The notes beneath the pieces are model-generated. The model was not told the DNA's origin and searched no databases. It saw nothing but the letters and a program-made list of their open reading frames with translations. A stretch of DNA of 64,000 bases from Salpingoeca rosetta (lineage: Eukaryota > Protista > Choanoflagellata), in NCBI GenBank assembly GCA_033442325.1, contig JAWQFM010000009.1, positions 925,729-989,728 on the forward strand, given 5' to 3'. The number at the start of each line of letters is the position of its first letter. Position 1 is the first letter of the stretch. Made by a program: the position numbers and the translations under genes. Positions 15,145 through 36,094 of this stretch are shown piece after piece.

Positions 15145-16515
15145 TTGATAGGATGCAACGACGAAGCAAATCAAGAAGCGGTACCGTGAGCTGTCGCTCA
15201 TGTACCATCCTGACCGCAACCCTGATCCCGAGGCAAACGATATGTTCGTCCGCATCTCAAAGGCATACCGCGCGTAAGTTGCTCGCACACGCACCTCTAA
15301 GCGAATGATTCCATGTGTGCGCGTATGTGAGAACCCCATCAAAGGGATCTAGTGCATGCGTGCCTGTGCATGTTTGAATAAACGTGCATGTGCGTGTGTG
15401 AATGGACGTGCACATGAGTCGTCGTCCATGACTGTGTCGCTTGATGCGCTGCCAAGTATGTGTGTTCCTTCCCTCACTGCGACCGCCAACCAACGACCAA
15501 CCATGGCCACTGCTCAGGCTGACGGATGACGAGACGCGCGAGAACTGGGAGAAGTACGGCAACCCCGACGGCCCAACGACGCAGACATACGGCATTGCGC
15601 TGCCAGCCTGGATGGTGCAGGGCAAGCACTCTGTCATTGTCATGATTGCATACGCCGTTGGCTTTGTCATCATCATCCCAGCCATCGTGGTGCGTGTCCT
15701 GCCTCGCTGGCTGTTTGCAGGGGCAACTGTGTGAATGCGTATCTTTGAAAGACGGGCCGGTGCTGTACATCAGCGCCGGTGTTGGTCGCCAACTTGCTTC
15801 TCCAACTTCCTCCCCGTTCATCTTTTCCATTGGCCCCTCCAGCACACCTTGACTCACCCCCCCCCAACACACACACCAACACCCACACCCACACGCAAAT
15901 TGTTGATCCACTCAACCTTCCATCACTCTACGCGAATCCCACCCCCCCCCCCCCTTTACAGCGGTCGCGGTGGACGCGCAGCAAGAAGTATCTGAAGAAA
16001 GGCGTGCTCAAGGACACGGCTGCCCTCTTCTACCACTCGCTCACAACAGACGCCGTCAAGGAACTTGGTGCGCCGATCATCCCCCTCGATGTTCCGTGTC
16101 GTGCTGGGATGGGATGTGGTGGTGTTATTTGTGGTGCTGGATTTTGGCTCTTTTCTCCTGCTGCAACTCAACGACCATGTTCTCATCCGCCCACGCTAAC
16201 AAAATACACACACTACCCACCACACACACACACACACACACACCACACACACACACACACACACCACACACACACCACACGCACACACACACACCTTGCC
16301 TCTTCGCATGTGCAGGGATGATGGAAGTGCTGTCGTGTGCGTTTGAGTTCCGGGAGAATCTGAAGACGTCGCAGGAAGAGCTTGGCGAGATCTTCGCGCT
16401 GCTGAAACAGCTGCCGGAGCTGCCCAACAACCCCTGGCAGCAGAAGGTCAAGGGCAAGCAAGACAACCGCATCAAGCTGAAGGACTCGCCCTTCGCCGTC
16501 AAGGCCAGGTCGCAC

Positions 16516-16578
<63 letters not shown>

Positions 16579-19500
16579 GCGTGTGCGTGTGTGTGTGTGT
16601 GTGCGTGTGTGTGTGTGTAAGTTCTGATTTGACTTCTGTCGCATGTGAGGCAGGTTTACATTAGCACAATTTGACCCCACCGACCCGTGCTTCCCTTTGC
16701 TTGTGCAGAACGCTTCTCTACGCACACATGCATCGCCTGAAGCTCTCCCCAGCGCTCACTGCAGGTACACGCCAACACCTCAGCATCCACGTGCATGTCA
16801 TCACCCCATGCACCTCGTTCTGCACGTCGTTCTGCCCGTCACACACGCAAACGTGCGTGTACACACTTATGCACACATCCCCATACTCGCACGCAAACCC
16901 ACACCCACGGTCATTGAGCCCCGTAGCTCCTAACAACACTTCTCACCACATGACCGTCGCCGTCGTGATGACACCGCCTTAGATCTCGATTTTGTCCTTG
17001 AGCACGCGCCAACTCTCATCAACGTCATGGCAGAGCTCTGCTTCGAGAGGTGCGATAGTAGTGCTGATGGCGGCCTTGTGGTGGTGGGCAGCGTTGGCGC
17101 TGTGTTGTGTTGCTGCACATGGCGAGCGTGCCTTTTCTCACACTACCTACCCCACCATCCTGCCTTGTATTTGTGTGTGTGTGTGTGTGTATGTGTGTGT
17201 GTGTGTGTATGTGTGTGTGTGTGTGCAGGCGGTGGTTCAAGCCCGTGCTGCTTGCGCTGCACCTGAAGCAGATGACGATCCAGGCCGTGCCAGAGGTCGA
17301 CAATGTCGGCCAGCTCGAACAGGTGTGCATGGTCATGGCGATGATGATGACGGTGGTGGTGGTGGTGGTGGTGGTGTTACCGTGAAGGGGGGGGGGGTTC
17401 GGTTACCGTGTTGTTGTTGTTGCTGCTGTTGTTGCTGTCGTTGCTGTTGTTGTGGTGGTTATGTGTCATGCGTGGGAACTGCTTTGCCCACATGATCTCA
17501 GCTTGCAAGCGCATGAAGTTGATGGTTGCGCTCACTCGGCTGCGTTCAACCCAAACTTGTGCCGATCCGTGCCACCAGCTGCCACACGTCACCAAAACAA
17601 TGATGGACAGCCTTGAGAAGGTGCGCACAGCGGCAATATGTGTTACCTAGAGTCGCCTCCATTTGTCCACACACACACACTCACACACACACTCACACAC
17701 ACACTCACACATGCTTATGCACGCGCACACACGCACACGCTTACGCACACACACGCACACACGCTTACGCACACACACTAACACACATACACTCACTCAC
17801 ACACTCAATCAATCCTGTGCCTGCCTGCGCATTTTGTTGTGGGAGCAGAAGAACGTGCGCACGCTGCAGAATCTTGTCATGCGGCCCGACGACAAGGTGC
17901 AGTCGATTCTTTCGGCCGTCCCCGCGCTGCACGTCGACGATGTCATCGAGTTCCTGAACGTGTTCCCCTCGCTCGAAGTCGACTGGGGGCTCCCAGGTCA
18001 GTGGCCCTTCACCCTTTGTGGGAGGCATTGGGGGTGTGCAGGAGCTGGTGAAGCCGACGGCTCGTGTGCATGTGGTCGCTTTATCTTGGCTGATGTATGG
18101 TTGATGTATGTTCGGTTGCTCCGTGCAAGATTGTGTCCTCACACGCGATCATCACACTTAATCCACCACCACACCCACCACCACATCATCACGAAGGCGC
18201 GGTGGAGGACGAGAAGAAGGACAAGTCTGGCAACCGGATTGTGACTGCGGGCATGCCGTGGGCAATCACCGTCAGCGTTCGCCGGGTGACGCGACACGAG
18301 CTCCTGCAGAAGCAGCAACAGGCTGGCGCAAAGAGCAAGAAGGCCGCTCGCAACGGCAAGAAGGCTGCAAAGGTCAGCCACCACCGCAGTGCTTGTTTGT
18401 TTCTTTCATATGTACGAGTGAGTGTTGGGCGTGGCACCGAAGCACATGTTTGGCACTGTTGGTCTTCCTCAACGCTTACTCTTTCCTGCTAACCACCACC
18501 ACCATCATCACCACCACCACCACCATCACCATCACTACGATGACGACGGCAGGGCGGGGCTGCAAACGGGACGAAAAAGAAGGCCGAGGCGGCGAAGAAG
18601 AAGAAGAAGAAGATTGAGATTGTCGGGTTTGGCGAGGGTGAGTTCTCGGACGCAGAGGCCTCCAGCAGCGACGACGACGACAGCAACAACAACGACGACA
18701 GCAAGAACGATTCCGATGCTGAGGGAGAAGAGATTGACGAGGAGGAGCTGGTGAGTTGTCATGGTGCATGCTTGCATGCGGTTTTTGTTGTGTGTGCATG
18801 TGTGCACTTTTCGCGTGGTGAAAATGCTCGTCACCCTTTGATGACTTGTTTTCTCCGAGATTGGCGCCCTCCTTCTCCTGCTCACCACCATTCATTATCA
18901 CCAACATCATTATCACCAACGTCATCATCACCGCCACCACCATACCCACCATCACGATCACCATGCACCATCAGTGGGCTGGCATCAAGAAGCCTGGGGA
19001 GGATGTTGACGACTCTGGCCCCATTGCTGTGCACTGCCCACGCTATCCGCATGTAGGCAACACGAGCGATGTGTGGTGCTCTCTGTACTTTGCTTGTATT
19101 TGTGGTAACGTTGTCGAATGTACACAGTGTTTGCTTGTGGTTGGGTGGTGCATATGTGCTCCCATTTGTACTGTGCTGTTTCGCTCACCTCACCGCCATT
19201 CCTCTTACTGCTCCTGCAACCTTGTAATGTGTGATGTTTCATGTGTGTGTGTGTGTGTGTGTCGGTGCACAGGACAAGGAGGCGGAGTGGTGGTGCTTTG
19301 TCTCTGACGCGACGAACAAGAAGATTGTTTCGGGTCTCCTTCGTCTCAACACCCTCGGCACGAAGCACGTGCGTATTCGCGACCACCAGCCTTCACCCTG
19401 CCACTGACAATCATGATTCGCCCCGCACGCCCCACAATCCGCTCACCCAGGCCATGACACCATTCCATGACACCATTGTATCCTCATCACACCATTGAAC

Positions 19501-20164
19501 CCCCCCCCCCCCAAAAAAAAAAAAACATTATTTTTGTCAAACCACGGGCACTGCACAGACGATGCGGCCGCTGCCGATGGAGAAGGTTGACGTTGGCCTG
19601 AAGGCGTTCAACCTCCACGTCATCTGCGATTCGTATCTTGGAGCCGACGTCGTCCTGCCGTTCAAGGTCAGCCCGCTGCTGTCATTGGTGGCGCCGATAT
19701 GATGTGTTATCGGGCACACGCAGACCGAACGATGGAGAGGGATACGGAAGCAGACAGGAAGGCGGAAAGGCAGACAAGCACACACACACACTCACACCCA
19801 CAGACACAGACACACACACACAGACACACACACGCACGCACGCACACACACACGCACACACGCACGCACGCACACGCACTTTCACTCACACACATGCACA
19901 CTCACTCACACACACACTCACTCACACTCATTCACTCACTCACACTCACTCACTCACTCACACGCACGCACACACACTCGCTCACACTCACACACATACA
20001 TGCACAAACTGTGTGGGGTGCAGGTGAAATCTGTGCGGCCGAAGCTTCCGTCGCAGGCCGAGCTGGCGGCGCAGCGGCGGGCACAGGCGGCGCAGGAGGA
20101 GATGATGGAAGAGGAAGAGGAGGAGGAAGACACTGATGAGGACGATGACGACGAGGACTTCTGA
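14221..20164 (+). CDS. SEC63: Translocation protein SEC63 (J-domain, Sec63/Brl domain, acidic tail)
   Basis: [42 protein letters not shown] (HPD motif), [50 protein letters not shown], and an acidic end [14 protein letters not shown]. Confidence 0.96.
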
Positions 20165-20907
20165 ACACGTGCACACACATACATGTGCTGCTCTGTCCCA
20201 TGTGTTGACTTCATGACCTCGATGCACGGCGCTTTGTGCGTGCGTTGTTCATGATTGGTGTTTGACTGGTCCCTCAGCGGCATTTCTTCCCCGAGTTGTG
20301 TTTTGTCTCTTGCCCGCTTCTTTTTTCTTCTCTCTTCTGCTTCGTAGGCTCCTCTGACGGTTCAATGTCTCTGTTGTCTGTTGTTGTTGTGTTGAGTGAC
20401 CATCTGTCTTGCTTGCTTGTGCCTCTCGTGCACACATGCACTCCTTCCCCAACACCCGCACGCATCCACCCATTCGCTGTGTGCGTATTGTTGCTGTTGA
20501 TTGTGGTGTTGTTTTGAAGGTATGCATGTGTTGTTGTCGTTTGTCGCTGTCGCTTGCTCTGCCGTCAACGCGTTTTGCATTCGTGCGGTACACGCGTTCA
20601 TACACAATACCACCATCCCCAAGGTTTGCTTATTCATTTGCTTACACTTGCAGGTTTGGACGAGGGAACGAAGTGACATGAGACAACCAACAAGAACGAG
20701 CAGAGCAGCAACAGCAGCAACGATGACGACAGCATCGGCAACAAACGACATACGCACACGCAAACCCACTCACGATTATGTGGCAGTTACGTGTTGATTA
20801 CTTGTGGTGAAGCGAAAGAACACGAAGCACAGCAACTCAAGACAAACCACGACTACAGCAGCGACACCACCACCTACACAGACACGAACAGCGCCGCCAC
20901 GCGCCAG

Positions 20908-23425
20908 CTAGGGGTTGATACCCCGGAACGGGACGGGCTGTGGCCGCGAGTTCTGGCGGATGAGGCGGTGGCGCGCGTGCTGCGGCGACTGCGGGTTGCC
21001 CGTGCCAACCGGCGTCAGCAACGAGGCCCTGTCCACACCAGGCTTGGCCTGCGCCTTCTGAATGTATTTTTTCTTCCATCGCTGAAACGCAAGCTCCAGG
21101 CAACCGTGCACCTCGTCGTTGCGCGTGTACACATAGAGCAGCCGCTGCCCAAACGTCTGCGGCAGGAAGAGGGGTGGGAACTTCTTCTCGTCAATGCCGT
21201 AAGCGATCGTGGGGTCCACCTTTGGGTTGAAAAAGTGCACACGTTGCAAAGGGTTGATGGGCTTCTTGTTTGCGTCGCGCGCACCATAGTCGATGTTTGC
21301 CACGTGCACGACAATGGCACGTGCAGCCTCCTGCTTCTGCTCCTCCGTGCCGTCGACAAACGAGAGGATTTCCCGCTGGATGGTTGCCTCCGATACCGGG
21401 TCCACAAGCTCAAGCGGGGAGAGCACAGACGCATACAAGTGGCGGCGGCGCAGGCGCGTGAGAATGACACGTGCGTCGTGCAGCTTGGGGTCTGGCGAGG
21501 CCTCGATGGCTTGCAGGATCCAATCGCCAAGACGAGAGAACGCGTCCATGTCATCCACCGCGTCGCTGATGGACTGGACGGTCTGTCCACCAACGCCTCC
21601 GAGCGACGAGAAGCTGTCGTTGGCAGCCGTAAGCGCATCGCTGATCATCTCTTCGACGAGGTTACCCGTGTGGTGCTGGTACACGTACTTGTGCAGCCAC
21701 GCCCGCAGGCGAAACAGCTCCAGGATGCCAAGCGCCATCTTCTCCTCGAAGCAGATGGCCGGGTGGTTGTTGACGGTGCACACGCGCGACGATTTGATGA
21801 GCCGCCGCACGTCACAGCCGATTGGCGGGTCGCCAAGCGCGCTCACAGAGTCCCGCATAAAGTAGTCTGCATACGCATGTGTGCGTGAGTGTGCGTGTGT
21901 ATGCGTGTGTGCGTGCGTGAGTGCATGCGTGAGTATGCGTGTGTGCATGCGTGAGTGCATGCGTGAGTGCATGCGTGAGTGCGTGTGTGGGTGCATGAGT
22001 ATGCGTGTGTGCGTGTGTGCATGCGTGAGTATGCGTGTACACGTGTGTGTGTGTGTACATGTGTGTATGTTTGTGTGTGTACATGTGCGTGTTTGTGAGA
22101 AGGATCGTGCTGTGCACGGACAGAGAAGGGCAGGCAAAGCGGACTGCCACACGCACAGTTGACAATGCAACACACGGTCACACAGCAAAGCATAGCTCAG
22201 CACCCAAACGTATGCCTGCACAACACAACATAGCAATGTGGTGTGGCTCACCAAGCTTGTCGACGTCAATGCCGTTTCGCTTGTTGGCGACAATGTCAAA
22301 GAGAAAGCGCTTGCTCTCTGGTCGTCCGATGTCTGTTGGCCACGGCTCGTCCTCGGAGAGGCCCTGAATGAGGCGCTTGATGAAGTTGGTGTCTTCAGGG
22401 AGTTGAAGGTCATAGATGCCGAGGTCGATGTTGTTGTCCACGAGCAGCTTATCAAAGAGCTTGAGCGACGCATCCTCGTGGTGCCACAGCGGCTGGCCCT
22501 TGGCGTTGCGCACGCGGTTGACAAACATCTCAAAGGTGTGGCTGAAGGGGCCGTGGCCCAGGTCGTGGCACAGGCCGGCCAGCTTCACGCATAGCCTGTC
22601 CCGGTGGGTGATGTCCAGGGCGTTGTCATCCTGCGCGCGCAGGTGGTCGATCATGGCGCCGGCGAGGTAGGAGACGCCGAGGCAGTGGGAGAAGCGCGTG
22701 TGGCACGCGCCAGGGAAGACATAGCTGGTGCCGCCAAGCTGCTGCAGACCGCGCAGCCGCTGGAACTCGGGCGTGTCGATGATGTCCACGAGCGCGGGCT
22801 CAAACTCAATGTGGCCGTGGATGTTGCAGAAGATGTTTCGGCGTTGCGCGCGCAGCTCGACCTCGTCCAGGGGCTCCCCATCGCTGTCAACGCTGGTGTT
22901 GCGGGACGGCCCGCGCAGGCTGTCGTCACCTCGGGGCGCGGAGTCTGTGCGGCTGCTGCCCTCGTGGCGCAGCGGGGTTCGGCGGTGCGAGTTGTCTGTC
23001 TGCGACAGCATGACGAAATCGTCGTTGTCATCGAAGATGGCATCCAGCTCGTCCTGTTGCCCTTCGCCGCCGTCATCCGCCTCCACCTTCTTCTCCTCCA
23101 CACGCTCTATGGACTCTACTGTTGCAGTCACCACCGTTGCTGCGACTGTTACTGCTGTGCCTGGCGCCGGGTCGCGTTCCCTGTCACTGTTGTTGCTGTT
23201 GCTGTTGTTGCCGTTGCTGTCACTGTTGTTGCTGCTGGTGTGGTTGCAGTTGCGGAGCGAGCTTGGGCTTGTGACACCACTGACCAAGGCGCTCTTTACA
23301 CTCAGCTTTGCTCGCTTCGTCACAACCTCCCCTCCACCTCTTCCGGCCCCATTGCCGCTGTTGCCGGTGCCGGTGCCGGTGCTGGTGCTGGTGCTGGTGC
23401 TGGTGCGGTCGTTGTTCTTCTCCAT
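20908..23425 (-). CDS. SAMHD1: SAMHD1-like HD-domain dNTP triphosphohydrolase (2 exons: 23425-22252, 21866-20908); no SAM domain visible
   Basis: [101 protein letters not shown]. The H..HD..D metal ligands are intact. Confidence 0.95.
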
Positions 23426-23596
23426 GGTGGTGCTCTGCGTTTGTCTGCGTGCACCACGTCGAGGTGCAGGTTGGTTGGTTGCTCTGCTGTTAGTTGTGTC
23501 GGTCGTCGTGGTGGTTCAGAAACATTGTCAGTCCGCAGCAGCAGCGCGCCAACTAAATTGTGGTGTCGCAAACATCCTGCTGGCGAACTGACTGCC

Positions 23597-23604
23597 GCGC
23601 CAAA
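23597..23604 (-). promoter_or_regulatory. Candidate E2F site (TTTGGCGC) in the SAMHD1/BRWD divergent promoter
   Basis: Plus-strand GCGCCAAA is TTTGGCGC on the minus strand, matching the TTTSSCGC consensus. A second near-match (GCGCGCCAA) lies at about 23544-23552. Confidence 0.35.
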
Positions 23605-23730
23605 AAAACCCCGCGTTCGCTGCTGACACACCAACAAGCGAGCGAGCGAGAGAGCGAGTTGTGGTGACTGCGACGGCCTCGATCCACACACGCACACACA
23701 CGTCCTCTCGCCTTGACTGGCGCAGCCATA

Positions 23731-32409
<8,679 letters not shown>

Positions 32410-32463
32410 CGACTGCGCTGCGCAGGCTCTGTGTTTTGCTTTTTATTCGACCTTGGTTTGCCC

Positions 32464-32465
<2 letters not shown>

Positions 32466-32552
<87 letters not shown>

Positions 32553-32622
32553 CTGCTATTGCTGTGTGTGCGTGTGTGTGTGTGTGTGTGCTCTGCTATT
32601 GCTGTGTGTGTGTGTGTGTGTG

Positions 32623-32653
<31 letters not shown>

Positions 32654-32797
32654 GTCTCTCTCTGTCTCTCTCTCCGTCTCTCTCTCCGTCTCTCTCTCTC
32701 TGTCTCTCTCTCTGTCTCTCTCTCTGTGTCTCTCTGTCTCTCTCTGTCTCTCTCTGTCTCTCTGTCTCTCTGTCTCTCTGTCTCTCTCCCTCTCTCT
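32466..32797. repeat. Compound (GT)n/(CT,CTGT)n microsatellite between BRWD and PUF60
   Basis: Directly visible. Confidence 0.9.
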
Positions 32798-32852
32798 ATC
32801 TGTCAACCCTTTTACTTCTCACACCCATATCATTCTTTTGTGCACAACTCAG

Positions 32853-34345
32853 ACAACACCAGATGCGCCTGCTGCTGCTCAGCAACAGCAGCAGCCACAG
32901 GATGCTGTGAATGTGCGGCCTCCGTTGTTGCAGGTGTGTTGCAGCATGCTGTCGTCGCACGCACAGGCACACATACACACACACAGGCACATACGCACAC
33001 ACAGGCACACGCACACACACATACGCACACACACACGCACGCACAGACTGTTTTACTTCGTGATCGTGCTCATAAACATGTACACATGCGCACACAGGCA
33101 CCATCGGAGGCAGGCGGTGGCGCTCTGCTCCAGCAGACACCACAGGAACAACCACAACAGCAGCAACAAGAGCAGCAGCCACAGCAACAGCAAAAAGAGC
33201 AGCAACAGCAGAAGCAAGAGCAGCCACAGGAAGGTAGTGGCACTGGTCAACAGAGGCGACGCCGTCGAAAGAAGCGTGGCTTTGCATCGGCCACCGGTGG
33301 CGCAGACGACCAGAGCGGCAACATCCTTCCTGGGCGTGGCGACACAGCCAACATGCAGCTGCAGACCATGGCCCAGCAGGCCGGCGTCTGGCACCCATGG
33401 AAGCTCACCCCTTTCGTGAACCTCCCAAAGCTCGACGCCCAGCAGATGGTGTGTGTGTGTGTGTGTGTGTGTGTCAGTGTGTGTCATTCTGTGTTTGTGC
33501 ACGAATGTGGTCGAGGGTTGCTTTACCCCTCCCTTCTCCCACGATGTGTGCGTCCTCTCCATGGTCGACTCATGCACACACCTCTTTCTGTGTTCTGTTG
33601 GTGATACAGGAGCGAAGAGACGATGCATTGCAGTACCTGTTGCAAATCAACCTCGCCTTCCAAGAGGAAGTGAAGGTGCGTACATACAAGCGTTTGTTTT
33701 TGATGTGAGTACGTGTGATTGTGTGTGTGCGTGTGTGCTTATGCTTGTGCTTGTACGCAAGTGCGGTTCTCTCCCATGCACAAGATGGTGATGTCTTGCC
33801 CTGTCGTGCTTCGTGGACATGTACTGGTATGAGCAGAAGAAGCAGGAGGCGGCCAATGCCATTTCGCGCCGGGAGGCGGTGGAGGTGCTGAGCCGCATCT
33901 ACATCGGCAACCTCTCCCGCGAAGTCACGGAGTTTGATCTCAGGAAGGTTGGTCCTCTCCACTCATGTCTGTGGTGTCGGAGCTGCTGCTATGCATGATG
34001 TCACGACTGGTGTCTGTGGCCACTGATTGTGTTTCGACTGATGGTGCTACTGCCTAAATCCCGTCGCACAAGCACACACACACACTCACTCCCTCTCCCT
34101 GATATGTTTTGTGTTGCGAGTGTGCGTGGTCCGACGCTTGTGATATCGTGCCTTTCTCATGAACCTACTTCATTCACCGCATTCTGTACGGGTACATGCG
34201 TTCCATTCATTCCGTCATGTGTGCGCCTTGTTGCCAGGCCTTTCGCAAGTATGGTGGCATTCGAGAGTGCAGCGTCAAGCACGAGACAACGGGCACATCA
34301 TTCAAGGTACCACATCATATGTGTATACGTATGTGTGTGTGCGTC

Positions 34346-34380
<35 letters not shown>

Positions 34381-34381
34381 C

Positions 34382-34417
<36 letters not shown>

Positions 34418-34763
34418 CTTGTCCAACACCGTTCCTTGTGGCTGAAACGTCAGATTTTCCGACTGGTAAGGTAGCGCAACAAAGCTCCCATGGTACCACA
34501 CTCCACGTTTACGAATGACGGACACTACGCGAGAGACGGCATAGGTGTGAACGGTTAGGGGCCCGACACGACCAAGCCGACGCGCAACAAAATATCGGTT
34601 CTCGTGAATTGGAACTATATCTACCACTCACGTGCGTAGATCAAACGAGATTCTTGTCCGATACGCTGAATGAGCTTCAGGTATTCAAACCGATCTAGTC
34701 TACATTGAGACTTGGGAGTCCCCAGGAGGGAGACCGACGTATAACTTGCCAAGGTATCCTCGG

Positions 34764-34795
<32 letters not shown>

Positions 34796-34797
34796 CG

Positions 34798-34839
<42 letters not shown>

Positions 34840-36012
34840 GCGTGTGTGTGCGTGTGTGTCTGCGCCTTTGTGTGAGTGTGCGCCTTTGTGTGTGTGTGTG
34901 TGTGTGCATGTGTGCACGCGCGTGCCTGTTGTTTTGTCATTTCGATCACTGAACTTAACTTGCCTGCCTCTGCGTCTCTGTGCAGGGCTATGCGTTCCTG
35001 CACTTTGACGCGCCCGAGGCGGCCATGCTTGCCCTCTCCGAGATGAACGGTGTCATCATCGGCGGAAGAAACATCATCGTACGTCCTCCCATATTCGCAT
35101 GTGTGTGCGTGAATGCGTGTGCGTGTATGCATCTGGGCTTGTGTCGCAACCACCTCGCCCCAATATCAGCCACGTGTTGGTTGTTTGTTTGCGTTAACTT
35201 CCCCGTCACCACCGTAACCCCTCTCCTCCTTGTGTTCGCTCTGTGCAGCTTGGGCGGCCAAACAACAGCGATCGCGCGATGGAGTTCCTGGAGCCCCTGG
35301 CACAGGCGGCTGCAGAGGTGGCGGCGACTGGTGTTTGTTCGCAATGCTTCTTCACCTGGTTTCCTGTGCTTTTCCCTCCTGCCTCCTCATCACCTCCCTC
35401 TCCGTTCTGTTCACTCCCTTGTCTTTCCCTCCTCACCGCTCGTGCCCACCCCTCTCCCGCGCGTCTGCCCAGGCCAACCGCATCTATGTGACGTCGCTGC
35501 ACGCCGACCTGAGCCAGGACGACATCAAGACGGTGTTTGAGGGCTTTGGTGCCATCCGCAGCATCGAGGTGATGCCCGGGGTGGAGGGGCGTGGGCTGCA
35601 CCAGGGGTACGGCTGGATCGAGTATGAGGACAACTCTGCCCTTGCTGCCGTCATGATGTGCGCGACAAACTTCGAGCTCGCCGGGCAGTTCGTCAAGATG
35701 TGCAAAGCTCTCAGGTCCGCCCACAGCAACGGGAGCCATGTGTTTGTGTTGGTGTTTGTGTTTGTTTGTTTGAGTTTGTGTTGTGTTGTGTTGTGTTGTG
35801 TGGAAAAGTGGTGTGCGCGTCCACATGTGTTTGCGTGTTTGCCAGCATGTCTTTTGCTGTCGTGTATTTCGTGTCTCAGAACTGCGTTGTCTCCGTTCAC
35901 ACACTGGTTGTATTGGCGTTGACAGCACGCCTGCGGAGATCAAGGCCATTCTTGCCGCGCACGGGCGCCTCCCAGGCAGCGAAGGTGAGTCGGCCACGCA
36001 CACGCATGTATG

Positions 36013-36094
<82 letters not shown>

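Noticed and set aside
20791-23626. Long plus-strand ORFs (365 aa, 340 aa) over SAMHD1
   Set aside because: Antisense shadows of a GC-rich coding sequence.
34423-34763. Hammerhead or HDV ribozyme, SRP, RNase P/MRP, spliceosomal snRNA, or TIR/LTR identity for the insert
   Set aside because: The core motifs are missing or in the wrong order: no CUGANGA/GAAA core, the CUCCACGU has no P3 stem, and there are no TIRs beyond CC/GG and no TG..CA LTR ends.
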